From an uncultured Klebsiella sp. (lineage in GTDB: Bacteria > Verrucomicrobiota > Verrucomicrobiia > Opitutales > UBA953), in assembly GCA_964601955.1 (NCBI GenBank), contig CAZRPB010000001.1, positions 113 through 64,112 of the forward strand: a stretch of 64,000 nt of DNA, written 5' to 3'. Positions 36,061-45,310 of the stretch are shown here, piece by piece. The notes under the pieces are model-generated. The model ran no database searches. It was given only the letters and a program-made list of their open reading frames with translations, and had not been told where the DNA came from. A program made the translations under genes and the position numbers. Each line of letters starts with the position of its first letter. Position 1 is the stretch's first letter.

Positions 36061-36912
36061 ATGTATCAGAAGGCGCTACTCATGCTGGCCTTGATTTTCG
36101 CCCCCGGCATGGCATCGGCCGGGACCGCGAAGATCGAGGTCGTATGCAGCTTCAGCATTCTTGAAGACTGGTGTCATAAAATACTGAAGGAAAAGGGTTT
36201 AACTCATAGTCTCGTGCCCATAAAAGGCGAATTGCACGAGTTCCAGCTATCGGCCCAGGACGTCGTCAGGCTGAAACGGTCTCAGGTCGTGGTCGGCTTC
36301 AGCCCGGATTCTGAAACCTGGCTGCACGATTGGGCGAAATCCTCACCGAATCACCGCGTCATCTGGCTCGGCGTTAACGAGGACGGAACCCGACTTCCTG
36401 CCCATGGATGGACGGATCCGCTGCTTGTCATGACCATGGTAACCAGGCTGTGCGCTGAACTGAACAAGTCCGACCCCAGTCTGCATCTTTCTCATGAACA
36501 GATGCTTAAGGAGGCCCAGTCCGTCGACTCCGAGCTCAAGGCCTTGTTTTCAGCCCTGCCTGCTGAACGACGCAAGCTCGTGACCCAGCACCCGAATCTC
36601 AATCCTTTCGCCGCCAGATACGGGATCAAAATCGTCGGCACGCTTCTTGAGAGCGCTTCGGGTGAGGCGGCTGACACTTCCGCCCGCCACTTCTCCCGGC
36701 TGCTCAAGAGCATCAAGGCCGAAGGCGTGCGCGTGATCGTGAGCGACGAGGGCCACAACCAGGAGATGGCCAGGCGCATCGCATCGGACGCCGGGATTCC
36801 CTCGCCCATCACGCTCAACTTCGAATCGCTCCCGTCCGCCCAAGGCTCCAGCTGGAAGAGCATGATGCTCCTCCAGGGACGGATGCTCCACGAGGCGATG
36901 ATGCTCCGATGA
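36061..36912 (+). CDS. metal ABC transporter substrate-binding protein (ZnuA/TroA family)
   Basis: Signal peptide MYQKALLMLALIFAPGMASA with a cluster-9 SBP pattern. It is followed by matching ATPase and permease genes. Confidence 0.75.
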   Translation: MYQKALLMLALIFAPGMASAGTAKIEVVCSFSILEDWCHKILKEKGLTHSLVPIKGELHEFQLSAQDVVRLKRSQVVVGFSPDSETWLHDWAKSSPNHRVIWLGVNEDGTRLPAHGWTDPLLVMTMVTRLCAELNKSDPSLHLSHEQMLKEAQSVDSELKALFSALPAERRKLVTQHPNLNPFAARYGIKIVGTLLESASGEAADTSARHFSRLLKSIKAEGVRVIVSDEGHNQEMARRIASDAGIPSPITLNFESLPSAQGSSWKSMMLLQGRMLHEAMMLR

Positions 36913-37679
36913 AGGAAAAGGGACGATGGCTGGACGCGCTGTCGGGCCTGCCGCTCCGCCTGCTGCCCACCCTGCCCTACTCCCGGCCCGAGTCGGCGGC
37001 GGAAGGTCTCTGGGCGGCCGAAGCCGAGGACCTTTCCGCCAGCGCGGAGGCCGGCGGGCCGCTCGCGTTCTCCGAGGTGAATTTCCGACTGCGCAAGGGC
37101 GGACGTGCCGCGCTCACCGGACCGAACGGCTCGGGCAAGTCGACCTTGCTGCGCGTGCTGGCCGGCCTGCTGCCGCCCGTCGGAGGCACGGTCAGGGCCC
37201 TGGGCCGCACGCCGAGCACGGGCCGGCCCCGGATCGCCTTCCTCGCGCAGAGGCCCGCCTTCACCGCGCCCTTCCCGATCACGCTCAGGAGGCTGGTGGC
37301 CACGGGCACGTACGCCCATCACGGCTGGTTCGAGGAATGCGACCACGGGAGCGGAACCGTGGAACGCGCCCTCGCCATGCTCGGCCTTTCCGAACTCGCG
37401 GAACGTCAGGTCCGGTCGCTCTCGGGCGGGCAGCTCCAGCGGGCGCTCCTCGCCCGGGCCGCCGTGCAGGGCGCGGAACTGCTGCTGCTCGACGAGCCCT
37501 ACGCGGCCCTCGACGACGCGAGCCGCGAACTCGTGGACGCGCACCTTTTCGCGCCCGACGCGAAGTTCTCGGTGCTGATGTCGACCCACGGGACCGGTGG
37601 ACTGTCCCGCTTCGACCAGGTGCTGGAGATGGGCGGGGGCGGGCTGCGGGAACGCGCCGGAGGCGCGCCGCATGCTTGA
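36909..37679 (+). CDS. metal ABC transporter ATP-binding protein (ZnuC-like)
   Basis: GPNGSGKST, LSGGQLQR and LLLLDEP are present. The start overlaps the SBP stop. Confidence 0.85.
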   Translation: MKEKGRWLDALSGLPLRLLPTLPYSRPESAAEGLWAAEAEDLSASAEAGGPLAFSEVNFRLRKGGRAALTGPNGSGKSTLLRVLAGLLPPVGGTVRALGRTPSTGRPRIAFLAQRPAFTAPFPITLRRLVATGTYAHHGWFEECDHGSGTVERALAMLGLSELAERQVRSLSGGQLQRALLARAAVQGAELLLLDEPYAALDDASRELVDAHLFAPDAKFSVLMSTHGTGGLSRFDQVLEMGGGGLRERAGGAPHA

Positions 37680-38484
37680 ATTCCTCACCCAGCCGCTGTC
37701 GGAGGATTTCTTCCTCCGCGCGCTCGTCGCGCTGACGCTCGGCGGCGCGGCCTGCGCCTGCCTGGGAGTCTACGTCGTCCTGCGCCGGATGGCTTTCGTC
37801 AGCACGGCGCTTACGCATTCCATCCTGCCCGGCGTCACCGGGGCCGTCCTGCTCGGGATCTCACCCTACCTCGGCGCGCTGGCCGCGGCGCTGCTCACCG
37901 CGGCGGGCGCGGCCTGGCTGGCCTCCCGCAAGGAGGTGAGCGAGGACGCCGCGATCGGCGTGATGCTCTCCGTGATGCTGGCCGCGGGCGTGGCGCTCAT
38001 GCAGCAGGCTCACGCATGGAGGGACTACGGAGGCCTGCTCTTCGGCAGCGTGGTCTCGGTGGGGCCGGAGGACCTGGCCGCGGTCGGCGCCACCTCGACG
38101 CTGATCCTCCTCGCGCTGCGCGTCCTGCACAAGGAGCTCGAGCTGGCCTCCTTCGATGAAGAATACGCCCGGCTGCTCGGGGCCCGGCCGGCGCTGCTGC
38201 GGACGGTCCTGCTGGCCCTCGTGGCGCTGGGAGCGGTCGCCTGCGTACGGCTGCTCGGCGCGCTGCTCACCACCGCCCTGCTCGTGCTGCCCGCCGCGAC
38301 CGGCGTGCTGCTCGGACGCAGCCTGGCGGGCGCGATGGGCTGGGCGGTGGCCTGCGCGGTGTCCGGCGGAGCCGCGGGGCTGCTGCTCTCCTACCACTTC
38401 GAAGGCGTGCCGTCGGGAGCCGGCATCGTGCTCGGCTGTTCGCTCCCCTACCTCCTCGCGCGGCTCTTCGCCCGCGCACGCTGA
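37672..38484 (+). CDS. metal ABC transporter permease (ZnuB-like, ABC-3 family)
   Basis: Polytopic protein starting at an in-frame ATG (MLEFLTQPL..) that overlaps the ZnuC-like stop. Confidence 0.8.
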   Translation: MLEFLTQPLSEDFFLRALVALTLGGAACACLGVYVVLRRMAFVSTALTHSILPGVTGAVLLGISPYLGALAAALLTAAGAAWLASRKEVSEDAAIGVMLSVMLAAGVALMQQAHAWRDYGGLLFGSVVSVGPEDLAAVGATSTLILLALRVLHKELELASFDEEYARLLGARPALLRTVLLALVALGAVACVRLLGALLTTALLVLPAATGVLLGRSLAGAMGWAVACAVSGGAAGLLLSYHFEGVPSGAGIVLGCSLPYLLARLFARAR

Positions 38485-38492
38485 ATACGCGG

Positions 38493-38837
38493 TCAGATCC
38501 GCGGATCCCGCATCGAGACGGGACGGCCGAGGATTTCGGAGGCCACGAAGGCCCTGCGGAGGTCCGCCGCGTCCGCGAAACGGAAACGGGGCCGGCGGCG
38601 GGGCTCAACGACGGCGGCGGGCGCCGCGACGGGCGCCGCGACGGAAGCAGGAACGGACTCCGCCTTCTCCGCGCGGGCGGCCGAGGAAGGCGCGGGCCGC
38701 CGGCGCGGACGGTAGGGCGCACGGGGAGCCGGCAGAGGAGGCGGCACGGAAGCGGGCGCCTCGGAGGCGCGTTTGATCGCGCCGTAGATGAGCCCCCCGA
38801 TGACGAGGACCGCGAGCTTGATGAGGAGCGCGCTCAA
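38493..38837 (-). CDS. small membrane protein downstream of floA
   Basis: An N-terminal TM helix ([17 protein letters not shown]) is followed by a Pro/Ala/Arg-rich tail. The start overlaps the floA stop. Confidence 0.4.
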   Translation of the reverse strand: MSALLIKLAVLVIGGLIYGAIKRASEAPASVPPPLPAPRAPYRPRRRPAPSSAARAEKAESVPASVAAPVAAPAAVVEPRRRPRFRFADAADLRRAFVASEILGRPVSMRDPRI

Positions 38838-39847
38838 GCCTTGGGCGCGGCTCCGCCTTCTCCGGCGATGCCCTTGCGCATGTCGGTGTCCGCCTGCAGG
38901 TTCTGCAGACGCTGGTAGTCCATGTAGCCGATCTTGCCGGTGCGGAGCGCCTCGGCGAGGGCCTCGGGCACCTTGGCCTCGGCCTCGACGACGCGGGCGC
39001 GCATCTCCTCGACGCGGGCGCGCATCTCCTGCTCGAGCGCGACGGCCGCGGCGCGACGGATCTCGGCCTGGGCCTGCGCCATGTTCTTGTTCGCCTGGGC
39101 CTGCGCCTCCTGGAGCATCGCGCCGACGTTGTCGCCGACGTCGACGTCCGCGATGTCGATGGAGATGATCTGGTAGGCCGTGCCGTCGTCGAGGCCGCGC
39201 GCGAGGACGGTCTTGGAGATGCGGTCCGGATTCTCCAGCACGTGCTTGTAGGAGTCCGAGGAGCCGATGGTGGTCACGATGCCCTCGCCGACGCGCGCGA
39301 CGATCGTCTCCTCCTGCGCGCCGCCCACGAAGCGCGAGAGGCTGGTGCGGACGGTCACGCGCGCCTTGACCTTCACCTGGATGCCGTCCTTGGCGACGGC
39401 GTCGATGGTCACGCGGCCGCTGGCGGGATTCGGACAGTCGATCACCTTGGGGCTGACGCTCGTGAGCACGGCCTCGAGGACGGACTTGTTCGTGCCGCGG
39501 GTCGCGATGTCGATGGCGCAGGCGTGGTTCCAGTCGAGCTCAAGGCCGGCCTTCTGGGCGGCGATGAGCGCCTGCACCGTCTGCACGACGTTGCCGCCGG
39601 CGAGGAAGTGGGCGTCGAGCCGGTCGATCTCCAGGGGAAGGCCGGCCTTGGTCGCCGCGATCTTCGCGTCGACGATCACCGAGTAGGGCACGCCGCGCAG
39701 GCGCATGCCCACCAGCTCGAAGACGCCGACCTCGGCCCCGGCGAGCCGCGCCCTCACCCAGACGGCGAGGAAGGAGAGCAGGAACAGCACCAGCAGCAGC
39801 AGGGCGCCGACGGCCACGTAGGCCAGGATGGTCAGGGTGGGGGGCAT
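38834..39847 (-). CDS. floA: flotillin-like protein FloA (UPF0365/YqfA family)
   Basis: An N-terminal TM helix is followed by an SPFH-like body ([30 protein letters not shown]) and a C-terminal coiled coil. Confidence 0.8.
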   Translation of the reverse strand: MPPTLTILAYVAVGALLLLVLFLLSFLAVWVRARLAGAEVGVFELVGMRLRGVPYSVIVDAKIAATKAGLPLEIDRLDAHFLAGGNVVQTVQALIAAQKAGLELDWNHACAIDIATRGTNKSVLEAVLTSVSPKVIDCPNPASGRVTIDAVAKDGIQVKVKARVTVRTSLSRFVGGAQEETIVARVGEGIVTTIGSSDSYKHVLENPDRISKTVLARGLDDGTAYQIISIDIADVDVGDNVGAMLQEAQAQANKNMAQAQAEIRRAAAVALEQEMRARVEEMRARVVEAEAKVPEALAEALRTGKIGYMDYQRLQNLQADTDMRKGIAGEGGAAPKA

Positions 39848-39858
39848 GGGAGGAATGT

Positions 39859-40332
39859 TCAGCGGGCGAGGCGGACGGTGACGCGACCGGCGGCCGCCTC
39901 GGTCACGACGACGGCGGCGCCCCGGTCGACGTAGCCGTCGGCCGAGAAGGCCTCGACGCGCCGGCCGTCGATCTCGATCGCGCCCGAAGGGGCGAGGACG
40001 GTGAGGGTGCGGGCCTGACGGCCCACGAACAGCGCGTACCCGGAGGCGGCCGGGACGGCGGCGCCCTGGTTCTCCGCACGGTTGGTGATGGGCGCTGCGC
40101 GCAGGAAGCGCCGGAACAGCAGGAACTCCGCGGCCAGTGCGACGACGAAGACGAGGCAGAAAAGGAGGCAGGACCCGGCTCCGGCCGAGGCCGACAGCCA
40201 GATGCCGGCGAAGGAGACGGCCGCGCCGACGAAGCCGATGAAGACGGTGGGCAGCAGGAACTCCGCGGCGATGAGCACAAGTCCGGCGGCGAGCAAGGTC
40301 CAGGCGAGCGCGAGGGATGCGGTCTCTTCCAT
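39859..40332 (-). CDS. NfeD-family membrane protein
   Basis: Three hydrophobic segments are followed by a beta-rich C-terminal OB-like domain (..[25 protein letters not shown]). It lies upstream of floA. The start could be ATG 40332 or GTG 40368. Confidence 0.55.
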   Translation of the reverse strand: MEETASLALAWTLLAAGLVLIAAEFLLPTVFIGFVGAAVSFAGIWLSASAGAGSCLLFCLVFVVALAAEFLLFRRFLRAAPITNRAENQGAAVPAASGYALFVGRQARTLTVLAPSGAIEIDGRRVEAFSADGYVDRGAAVVVTEAAAGRVTVRLAR

Positions 40333-40460
40333 GTCGGCGAGACTAGGCGCGGGCCAAGGGGCATCCACCCTTTTCTGGACCTCGTGATTACAAAGGACGG
40401 CGGCGCCCGTAAGGCCGCAAGCCGCTTGCGGTGGACGGCGAGGAGCCCCATCCTGCGGGG

Positions 40461-40976
40461 ATGGCCGGCAAACCCAGAAGCGAGAGGCGCAAGCACGTGA
40501 AGCCCGCGCACGAGGTGGTGCGGGATGCCCTGCTGCACGTGGGGGCGCGGGCCGAAGGACGCCAGTCCGACGCCCATGCCGAAGTCGCCAAGGCGCTGGG
40601 CGTGTCCACCTCGATGCTCTACAAATGGCGGGAGCCCAGCGCGCACGGCAGCGGCCAGCCCAATCCGCTCGAACGGGCCGCGATCCTGCTCGAGGCCACC
40701 GGCGACCTGCGCGTCGCCGACTGGTTTGCGCAACGGGCGGGCGGGCATTTCTCGCCGGAGGAGACGGAAGGCCGCGCCCCCGAACTCTCCCGGGCGGCGA
40801 ACTCCCTGGTGCGCGAGTTCAGCCTGGTCATCGCGGAACTGGTGGACGCCGTCGAGGACCACCGCGTCTCCGGGGCGGAAGCGCAGGAGCTCCGCGGGCG
40901 CTGGGACGCCCTGCGCAAGCGCGCCGAGGGATTCATCCGCGCCTGCGAACGGGGAGACTACTCGCCCGAGGACTGA
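40461..40976 (+). CDS. HTH DNA-binding protein, phage CII (CP76)-like
   Basis: HTH HAEVAKALGVSTSMLYKWREP is followed by a helical region (VSGAEAQELRGRWDALRKRAEGF). The family call is from memory and weak. The start could be ATG 40461 or GTG 40431. Confidence 0.35.
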   Translation: MAGKPRSERRKHVKPAHEVVRDALLHVGARAEGRQSDAHAEVAKALGVSTSMLYKWREPSAHGSGQPNPLERAAILLEATGDLRVADWFAQRAGGHFSPEETEGRAPELSRAANSLVREFSLVIAELVDAVEDHRVSGAEAQELRGRWDALRKRAEGFIRACERGDYSPED

Positions 40977-40977
40977 C

Positions 40978-41553
40978 ATGGCCTCGCTGCCCATCAGGCA
41001 ATACGGCGACCCGGTGCTGCGCGCCAAGGGCGAACCGGTGCGCGAGTTCGGCGCGCCGCTCCGCGCCCTCGGCGAGACGATGCTCGAGACGATGCGTGCG
41101 GCCAAGGGCATCGGGCTGGCCGCCCCGCAGGTCGGACTGCCGCTGCAGCTCTTCGTGCTCGACGTGCGGGATGCGGAGTCGAGGCCGGTGCTGGACGGAC
41201 GGGAGGAGGATCCTGCGCGCATCATGCCCATGGTGCTGGCCAACGCGGAGGTCTCCGTGCCCGAGGGCGAAGCGCTGGGCTATGACGAGGGCTGCCTCTC
41301 CTTCCCCGGCGTGCGGGGCGAAGTGGCGCGCGTCGAACGCGCGACCGTGCGCTACCGGGACGCCGACGGCGCTCCGCACGTGCTGGAGTGCTCGGGGCTG
41401 CTGGCGCGCTGCGTGCAGCATGAGCACGACCATTGCCAGGGCGTGCTCTTCATCGACCGGATGGCCGGACCCGACGTGCTCCTGGCCGCATCGAAAATCA
41501 AGCGCATCCGCCGGGACACCGAGGCCTCGCTCCGCGCGGTCCGCAGGAAGTGA
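40978..41553 (+). CDS. def: peptide deformylase
   Basis: GIGLAAPQVG, EGCLSFPG and QHEHDH motifs are present. Confidence 0.92.
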   Translation: MASLPIRQYGDPVLRAKGEPVREFGAPLRALGETMLETMRAAKGIGLAAPQVGLPLQLFVLDVRDAESRPVLDGREEDPARIMPMVLANAEVSVPEGEALGYDEGCLSFPGVRGEVARVERATVRYRDADGAPHVLECSGLLARCVQHEHDHCQGVLFIDRMAGPDVLLAASKIKRIRRDTEASLRAVRRK

Positions 41554-41556
41554 AGG

Positions 41557-42756
41557 TCACTTCTTGGCGGCGGGAGGCTCGGTGACGCGCAGCTCCAGGT
41601 CGCCGACGGAGACCAGGTCGGCCCCGGCGCCGCCGGAAACGCGGAAGGAGCGGCTGAGTCCGGAGGAGGCGAGGGAGGCGACGCTCCAGGTCGCGCGCGC
41701 GCCGTCAAGGGAGGGCGCGTCCGCTCCGCCGGTCACGGCGGCCGCAGGAAGGCTTGAGCCGACGGCGATCCGCCCGTTGCGCACGCAGAGATGACGGAGT
41801 AGCGCGGAGCCCAGGGCGGGAGAAGCCCGGTCGTAGGCCAGCAGCCAGTCGCCCGAGGCGGCCAGACGCGGGATGAAGCTGCGCGCGTCGGCCAGCGTGA
41901 GGCGCACGCCGTACTCCTTCATGGGAGCGTCGGCCGGACCGACGCTGGTCAGGAAGGCTTCGGAAGCGACGATGCGCGAGGTGAAGGCGTCGGCCAGCCG
42001 CACGAAGAGGAGTCCGGCGGAGCCGTCCGGGGCCAGGGGGAAGACCTCCGCCCAGAGCAGGGCCACCGTGCGCGGGGTGGCCGCAGGGTCGAGCTTGGCG
42101 GAGAACGCGGAAGGCCCTTCTCCGGAAGGCGGGGCGAAGTAGGCGTAGCCGCCGGCGGGCACGGGCGAGAGCGACTTCGAATCGGCCTTCTCCCATGCGG
42201 CTCGAAGGGAGTCGCCGATGGCGACGGAACGGACGGCTTTGCCGTCGGCGAACACGGAGGCGCCGAGGAAATGGACATGCTTGAAGCCGCCGTCACGCGC
42301 CGCCTTCTGGAGACGGACGGCGGACAGGGAGGAGGCCATGGTCCAGCCCTGGACGGGCACTTCGGCCTCATGCACCACGGGTTTGGTCAGGTCGGCCTTC
42401 TTGGCGGCCGCGACCGCGCGCAGCTTGAGGATGGAGGGCTGGGCGCGACGGATCTGCTCGGTGCCGTCGTTGACGAGCTTCTGTCCGCGGGCCTTCACCT
42501 GCTCGGGCGTCTCCGCGAAGGCCCCCTGGGTGCTGCGCTTTATGGCGGCAGAGGCGATGATGCTGTTGCCCTGCCTGATGCGCTCCTCACCGAGCTGGAC
42601 CTGTCGCATGGCGCTGCCCCACTCGGAGAGCTCCGTGCGGCTGAGGAGGGACGGAATCTCGTTGTCGGGCACGGGCGGAGGAGCCGACGGCTTGGCGTCC
42701 GCCGCACGCAGGCAGAGGCCGGAAAGCAGGCAGAGGCAGGCGAGCAGAGGTCTCAC
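41557..42756 (-). CDS. secreted hypothetical protein
   Basis: GTG 42756 gives the signal peptide (M)RPLLACLCLLSGLCLRAADA and starts just after the ptsH stop. The track start at 42804 would overlap ptsH by 47 nt. Confidence 0.45.
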   Translation of the reverse strand: MRPLLACLCLLSGLCLRAADAKPSAPPPVPDNEIPSLLSRTELSEWGSAMRQVQLGEERIRQGNSIIASAAIKRSTQGAFAETPEQVKARGQKLVNDGTEQIRRAQPSILKLRAVAAAKKADLTKPVVHEAEVPVQGWTMASSLSAVRLQKAARDGGFKHVHFLGASVFADGKAVRSVAIGDSLRAAWEKADSKSLSPVPAGGYAYFAPPSGEGPSAFSAKLDPAATPRTVALLWAEVFPLAPDGSAGLLFVRLADAFTSRIVASEAFLTSVGPADAPMKEYGVRLTLADARSFIPRLAASGDWLLAYDRASPALGSALLRHLCVRNGRIAVGSSLPAAAVTGGADAPSLDGARATWSVASLASSGLSRSFRVSGGAGADLVSVGDLELRVTEPPAAKK

Positions 42757-42757
42757 G

Positions 42758-43057
42758 TCAGGATTCGTCAAATTTCCGGGCGAACAGGGCGTCCATCTCG
42801 TCAAGAAGGGCCGTCGCCTCCTTGCCCTTGGCGGAGAAACGGAGCCGCGATCCCTGTCCGGCGGCGAGCATCATGAGGCCCATGATCGACTTCCCGTTCA
42901 CGGACTCGTCGTCCTTGGAGACGGTCACCTCGACCTCAGGGAAACGGTTGGCCAGACGGACGATCTGGGCGGCCGGCCGGGTATGGATGCCCATCCGGTT
43001 CTGAACGGTGAACTCACGGGCCTTGGCCTCTGGGGAATCTTCCATGAAAAGGGTCAA
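42758..43057 (-). CDS. ptsH: phosphocarrier protein HPr
   Basis: His-15 site GIHTRPA and Ser-46 site NGKSIMGLM are present. Confidence 0.85.
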   Translation of the reverse strand: MTLFMEDSPEAKAREFTVQNRMGIHTRPAAQIVRLANRFPEVEVTVSKDDESVNGKSIMGLMMLAAGQGSRLRFSAKGKEATALLDEMDALFARKFDES

Positions 43058-43285
43058 TAAGCGGCCTTGCGGCTCTTATGAGTAGAGCGAAAAGGGAGGT
43101 CGGAGGCAAGGAGGGTCAAGGCAAATAAGGGGGGCAAGGGGGTTCGCTTGACCTTGGCGGGAACCCGCCTCCAATCGAGCGGAACACCTACCGCCGTGGC
43201 CAAGCCCGCAGTCCTCACCCACCCCGAGTCCCTCAAACGCCCCGCCGGACCGTCGGAGTACGCCAAGGACCCCGTGAACGCCGGC

Positions 43286-44302
43286 ATGTCCAAGGCCGAA
43301 AAGGTGGCGCTCTACACGAAAATGGCCCGCATCCGCCATTTCGAGCAGCGCTGCATCCGGGTCTACCAGCAGGGCAAGATCGGCGGCTTCCTCCATCTTT
43401 ACGTCGGCCAGGAGGCGGTGGCCGCCGGCACGATCTCGCTGCTGGGCAAGGATGACCACGTGATCACGGGCTACCGCGACCACGGTCACGCCCTCATGGT
43501 GGGCATGGGCATGAACGAGTGCATGGCCGAGCTGACGGGCAAGGTCACGGGGTGCTCCAAGGGCAAGGGCGGCTCGATGCACTACTTCGCCCCCGACAAG
43601 AACTTCTGGGGCGGCCACGGCATCGTCGGCGGCCAGGCCCCCCTGGGCACCGGGCTCGCCTACGCGGTCAAATACCTCGGCCGAAAGGGCTCATGCTTCT
43701 GTTACATGGGAGACGGCGCGGTCAACCAGGGCGCGGTCCATGAGGCCTACAATCTCGCCGCCCTCTGGGACCTGCCCGTCATCTTCGTGATCGAGAACAA
43801 CGGCTACTCGATGGGGACCTCGCAGGAACGGTCCTCAGCCCACCCGGGCTGCCTCGCCAAGCGGGCGGAAGGCTACGGCATGGCGTGGGACGTGGTCAAC
43901 GGACACGACGTGTACGAGGTGCGCGCCCGCGCCGCCGTCGCGCTGCGCCGCGCCCACGAGGAGTCGAAGCCCACGGTCCTCGAGATCTTCACCTACCGCT
44001 ACTACGGCCATTCGATGGCCGACCCGGACAAGACCTACCGCGACAAGGAGGAGATCAAGGAGTACCGCGAACAGAAGGACCCGGTCCTGCTCTTCGAGAA
44101 GGAGCTGATCGCCGAGAAGGTCCTCACGCCCGAGAAGGCCAAGGCCATCAACGAGGCCGCCATGGAGGAGGCCGACGCGGCCGCCAAGTTCGCCGACGAA
44201 TCCCCCGACCCGACCCTGGCCGACGTGACCAGGGACATCTACTGGGAGGAGGACAACCGGGGCCCGGACACCTCCTCGCGCGGCACCATCATCTTCGAAT
44301 AA
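43286..44302 (+). CDS. pdhA: pyruvate dehydrogenase E1 component alpha subunit
   Basis: TPP-binding YMGDGAVNQG..IENNGY and YRYYGHSMADP are present. ATG 43286 was chosen within track ORF 43148-44302. Confidence 0.9.
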   Translation: MSKAEKVALYTKMARIRHFEQRCIRVYQQGKIGGFLHLYVGQEAVAAGTISLLGKDDHVITGYRDHGHALMVGMGMNECMAELTGKVTGCSKGKGGSMHYFAPDKNFWGGHGIVGGQAPLGTGLAYAVKYLGRKGSCFCYMGDGAVNQGAVHEAYNLAALWDLPVIFVIENNGYSMGTSQERSSAHPGCLAKRAEGYGMAWDVVNGHDVYEVRARAAVALRRAHEESKPTVLEIFTYRYYGHSMADPDKTYRDKEEIKEYREQKDPVLLFEKELIAEKVLTPEKAKAINEAAMEEADAAAKFADESPDPTLADVTRDIYWEEDNRGPDTSSRGTIIFE

Positions 44303-44309
44303 TCCTCCG

Positions 44310-45287
44310 ATGCCCGTCATGTCCTACCGCGAGGCGCTCCGCGCCGCGATGCGCGAAGAGCTCCGACGCGACGAGAAAGTCGTGCTCATGGGCGAGGAGG
44401 TCGCCCAGTTCAACGGCGCCTACAAGGTGACCGAGGGGCTCCTCAAGGAGTTCGGCCCGAAGCGCGTCGTGGACACGCCCATCTCGGAAGCGGGCTTCAT
44501 CGGCCTCGGCATCGGCGCGTCGATGCTCGGCATCCGTCCGGTGATGGAGCTGATGTTCTGGTCGTTCTCCTACGTCGCCTTCGACCAGATCGTGAACAAC
44601 GCGGGCAACATCCGCTACATGTCCGGGGGGCTCATCAACTGCCCGATCGTCATCCGCGGCCCGGCCAACGGCGGCACCAACGTCGGCGCCACGCACTCCC
44701 ACACGCCTGAGGCCATCCTGGCCTCGCACCCCGGCATCAAGGTGGTCTGCCCGGCCACGCCTTACGACGCCAAGGGGCTGATGAAGGCGGCCATCCGCGA
44801 CAACGACCCGGTCTACGTGATGGAGAACACCATCCTCTACAACGACAAGGGCGAGGTGCCCGATGACGACTACGTCGTGCCGCTCGGCGTCGCCGACGTG
44901 AAGCGGGAGGGCGATGACCTCACCATCGTGGCCCACGGCCGCGCGGTCATCACGTCGCTCAAGGCCGCCGAGATCCTCGAGGCGGAGCACGGCGTCAGCG
45001 TCGAGGTCGTCGACCTCCGCTCCATCCGCCCGCTGGACGAGGAGACGGTCCTCGCCTCGGTCCGCAAGACGCACCGCGTGCTCCTCGTGGAGGAGAACAA
45101 GCCCTTCTGCGGCGTCGACGCGCAGATCGCCTACCTGATCCAGTCCCGGGCCTTCGACGAGCTCGACGCCCCGATCCACCGCGTGTCCTCGGTCGACGCC
45201 CCGCAGATCTACTGCAAGCGCCTCGAGGACCAGCAGATTCCCAACCCCGCCCGCGTCGTCGCCGAGGCGCTCAAGGTCCTCGCCTGA
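44310..45287 (+). CDS. pdhB: pyruvate dehydrogenase E1 component beta subunit
   Basis: Full-length transketolase-like beta subunit pattern (DTPISEAGFIGLGIGA, HSHTPEA). Confidence 0.93.
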   Translation: MPVMSYREALRAAMREELRRDEKVVLMGEEVAQFNGAYKVTEGLLKEFGPKRVVDTPISEAGFIGLGIGASMLGIRPVMELMFWSFSYVAFDQIVNNAGNIRYMSGGLINCPIVIRGPANGGTNVGATHSHTPEAILASHPGIKVVCPATPYDAKGLMKAAIRDNDPVYVMENTILYNDKGEVPDDDYVVPLGVADVKREGDDLTIVAHGRAVITSLKAAEILEAEHGVSVEVVDLRSIRPLDEETVLASVRKTHRVLLVEENKPFCGVDAQIAYLIQSRAFDELDAPIHRVSSVDAPQIYCKRLEDQQIPNPARVVAEALKVLA

Positions 45288-45310
45288 GGCGGGGTCCGAC
45301 CAATCTACCG

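Noticed and set aside
43058-43285. Repeated GGGTCAA..AATAAG elements and a TTGACC in the 228-nt region upstream of pdhA, as a possible PdhR-type operator or promoter.
   Set aside because: The repeats are short and imperfect. No convincing -10 element or palindrome is present, and part of the region may be coding if pdhA starts upstream. The evidence is too weak to call.
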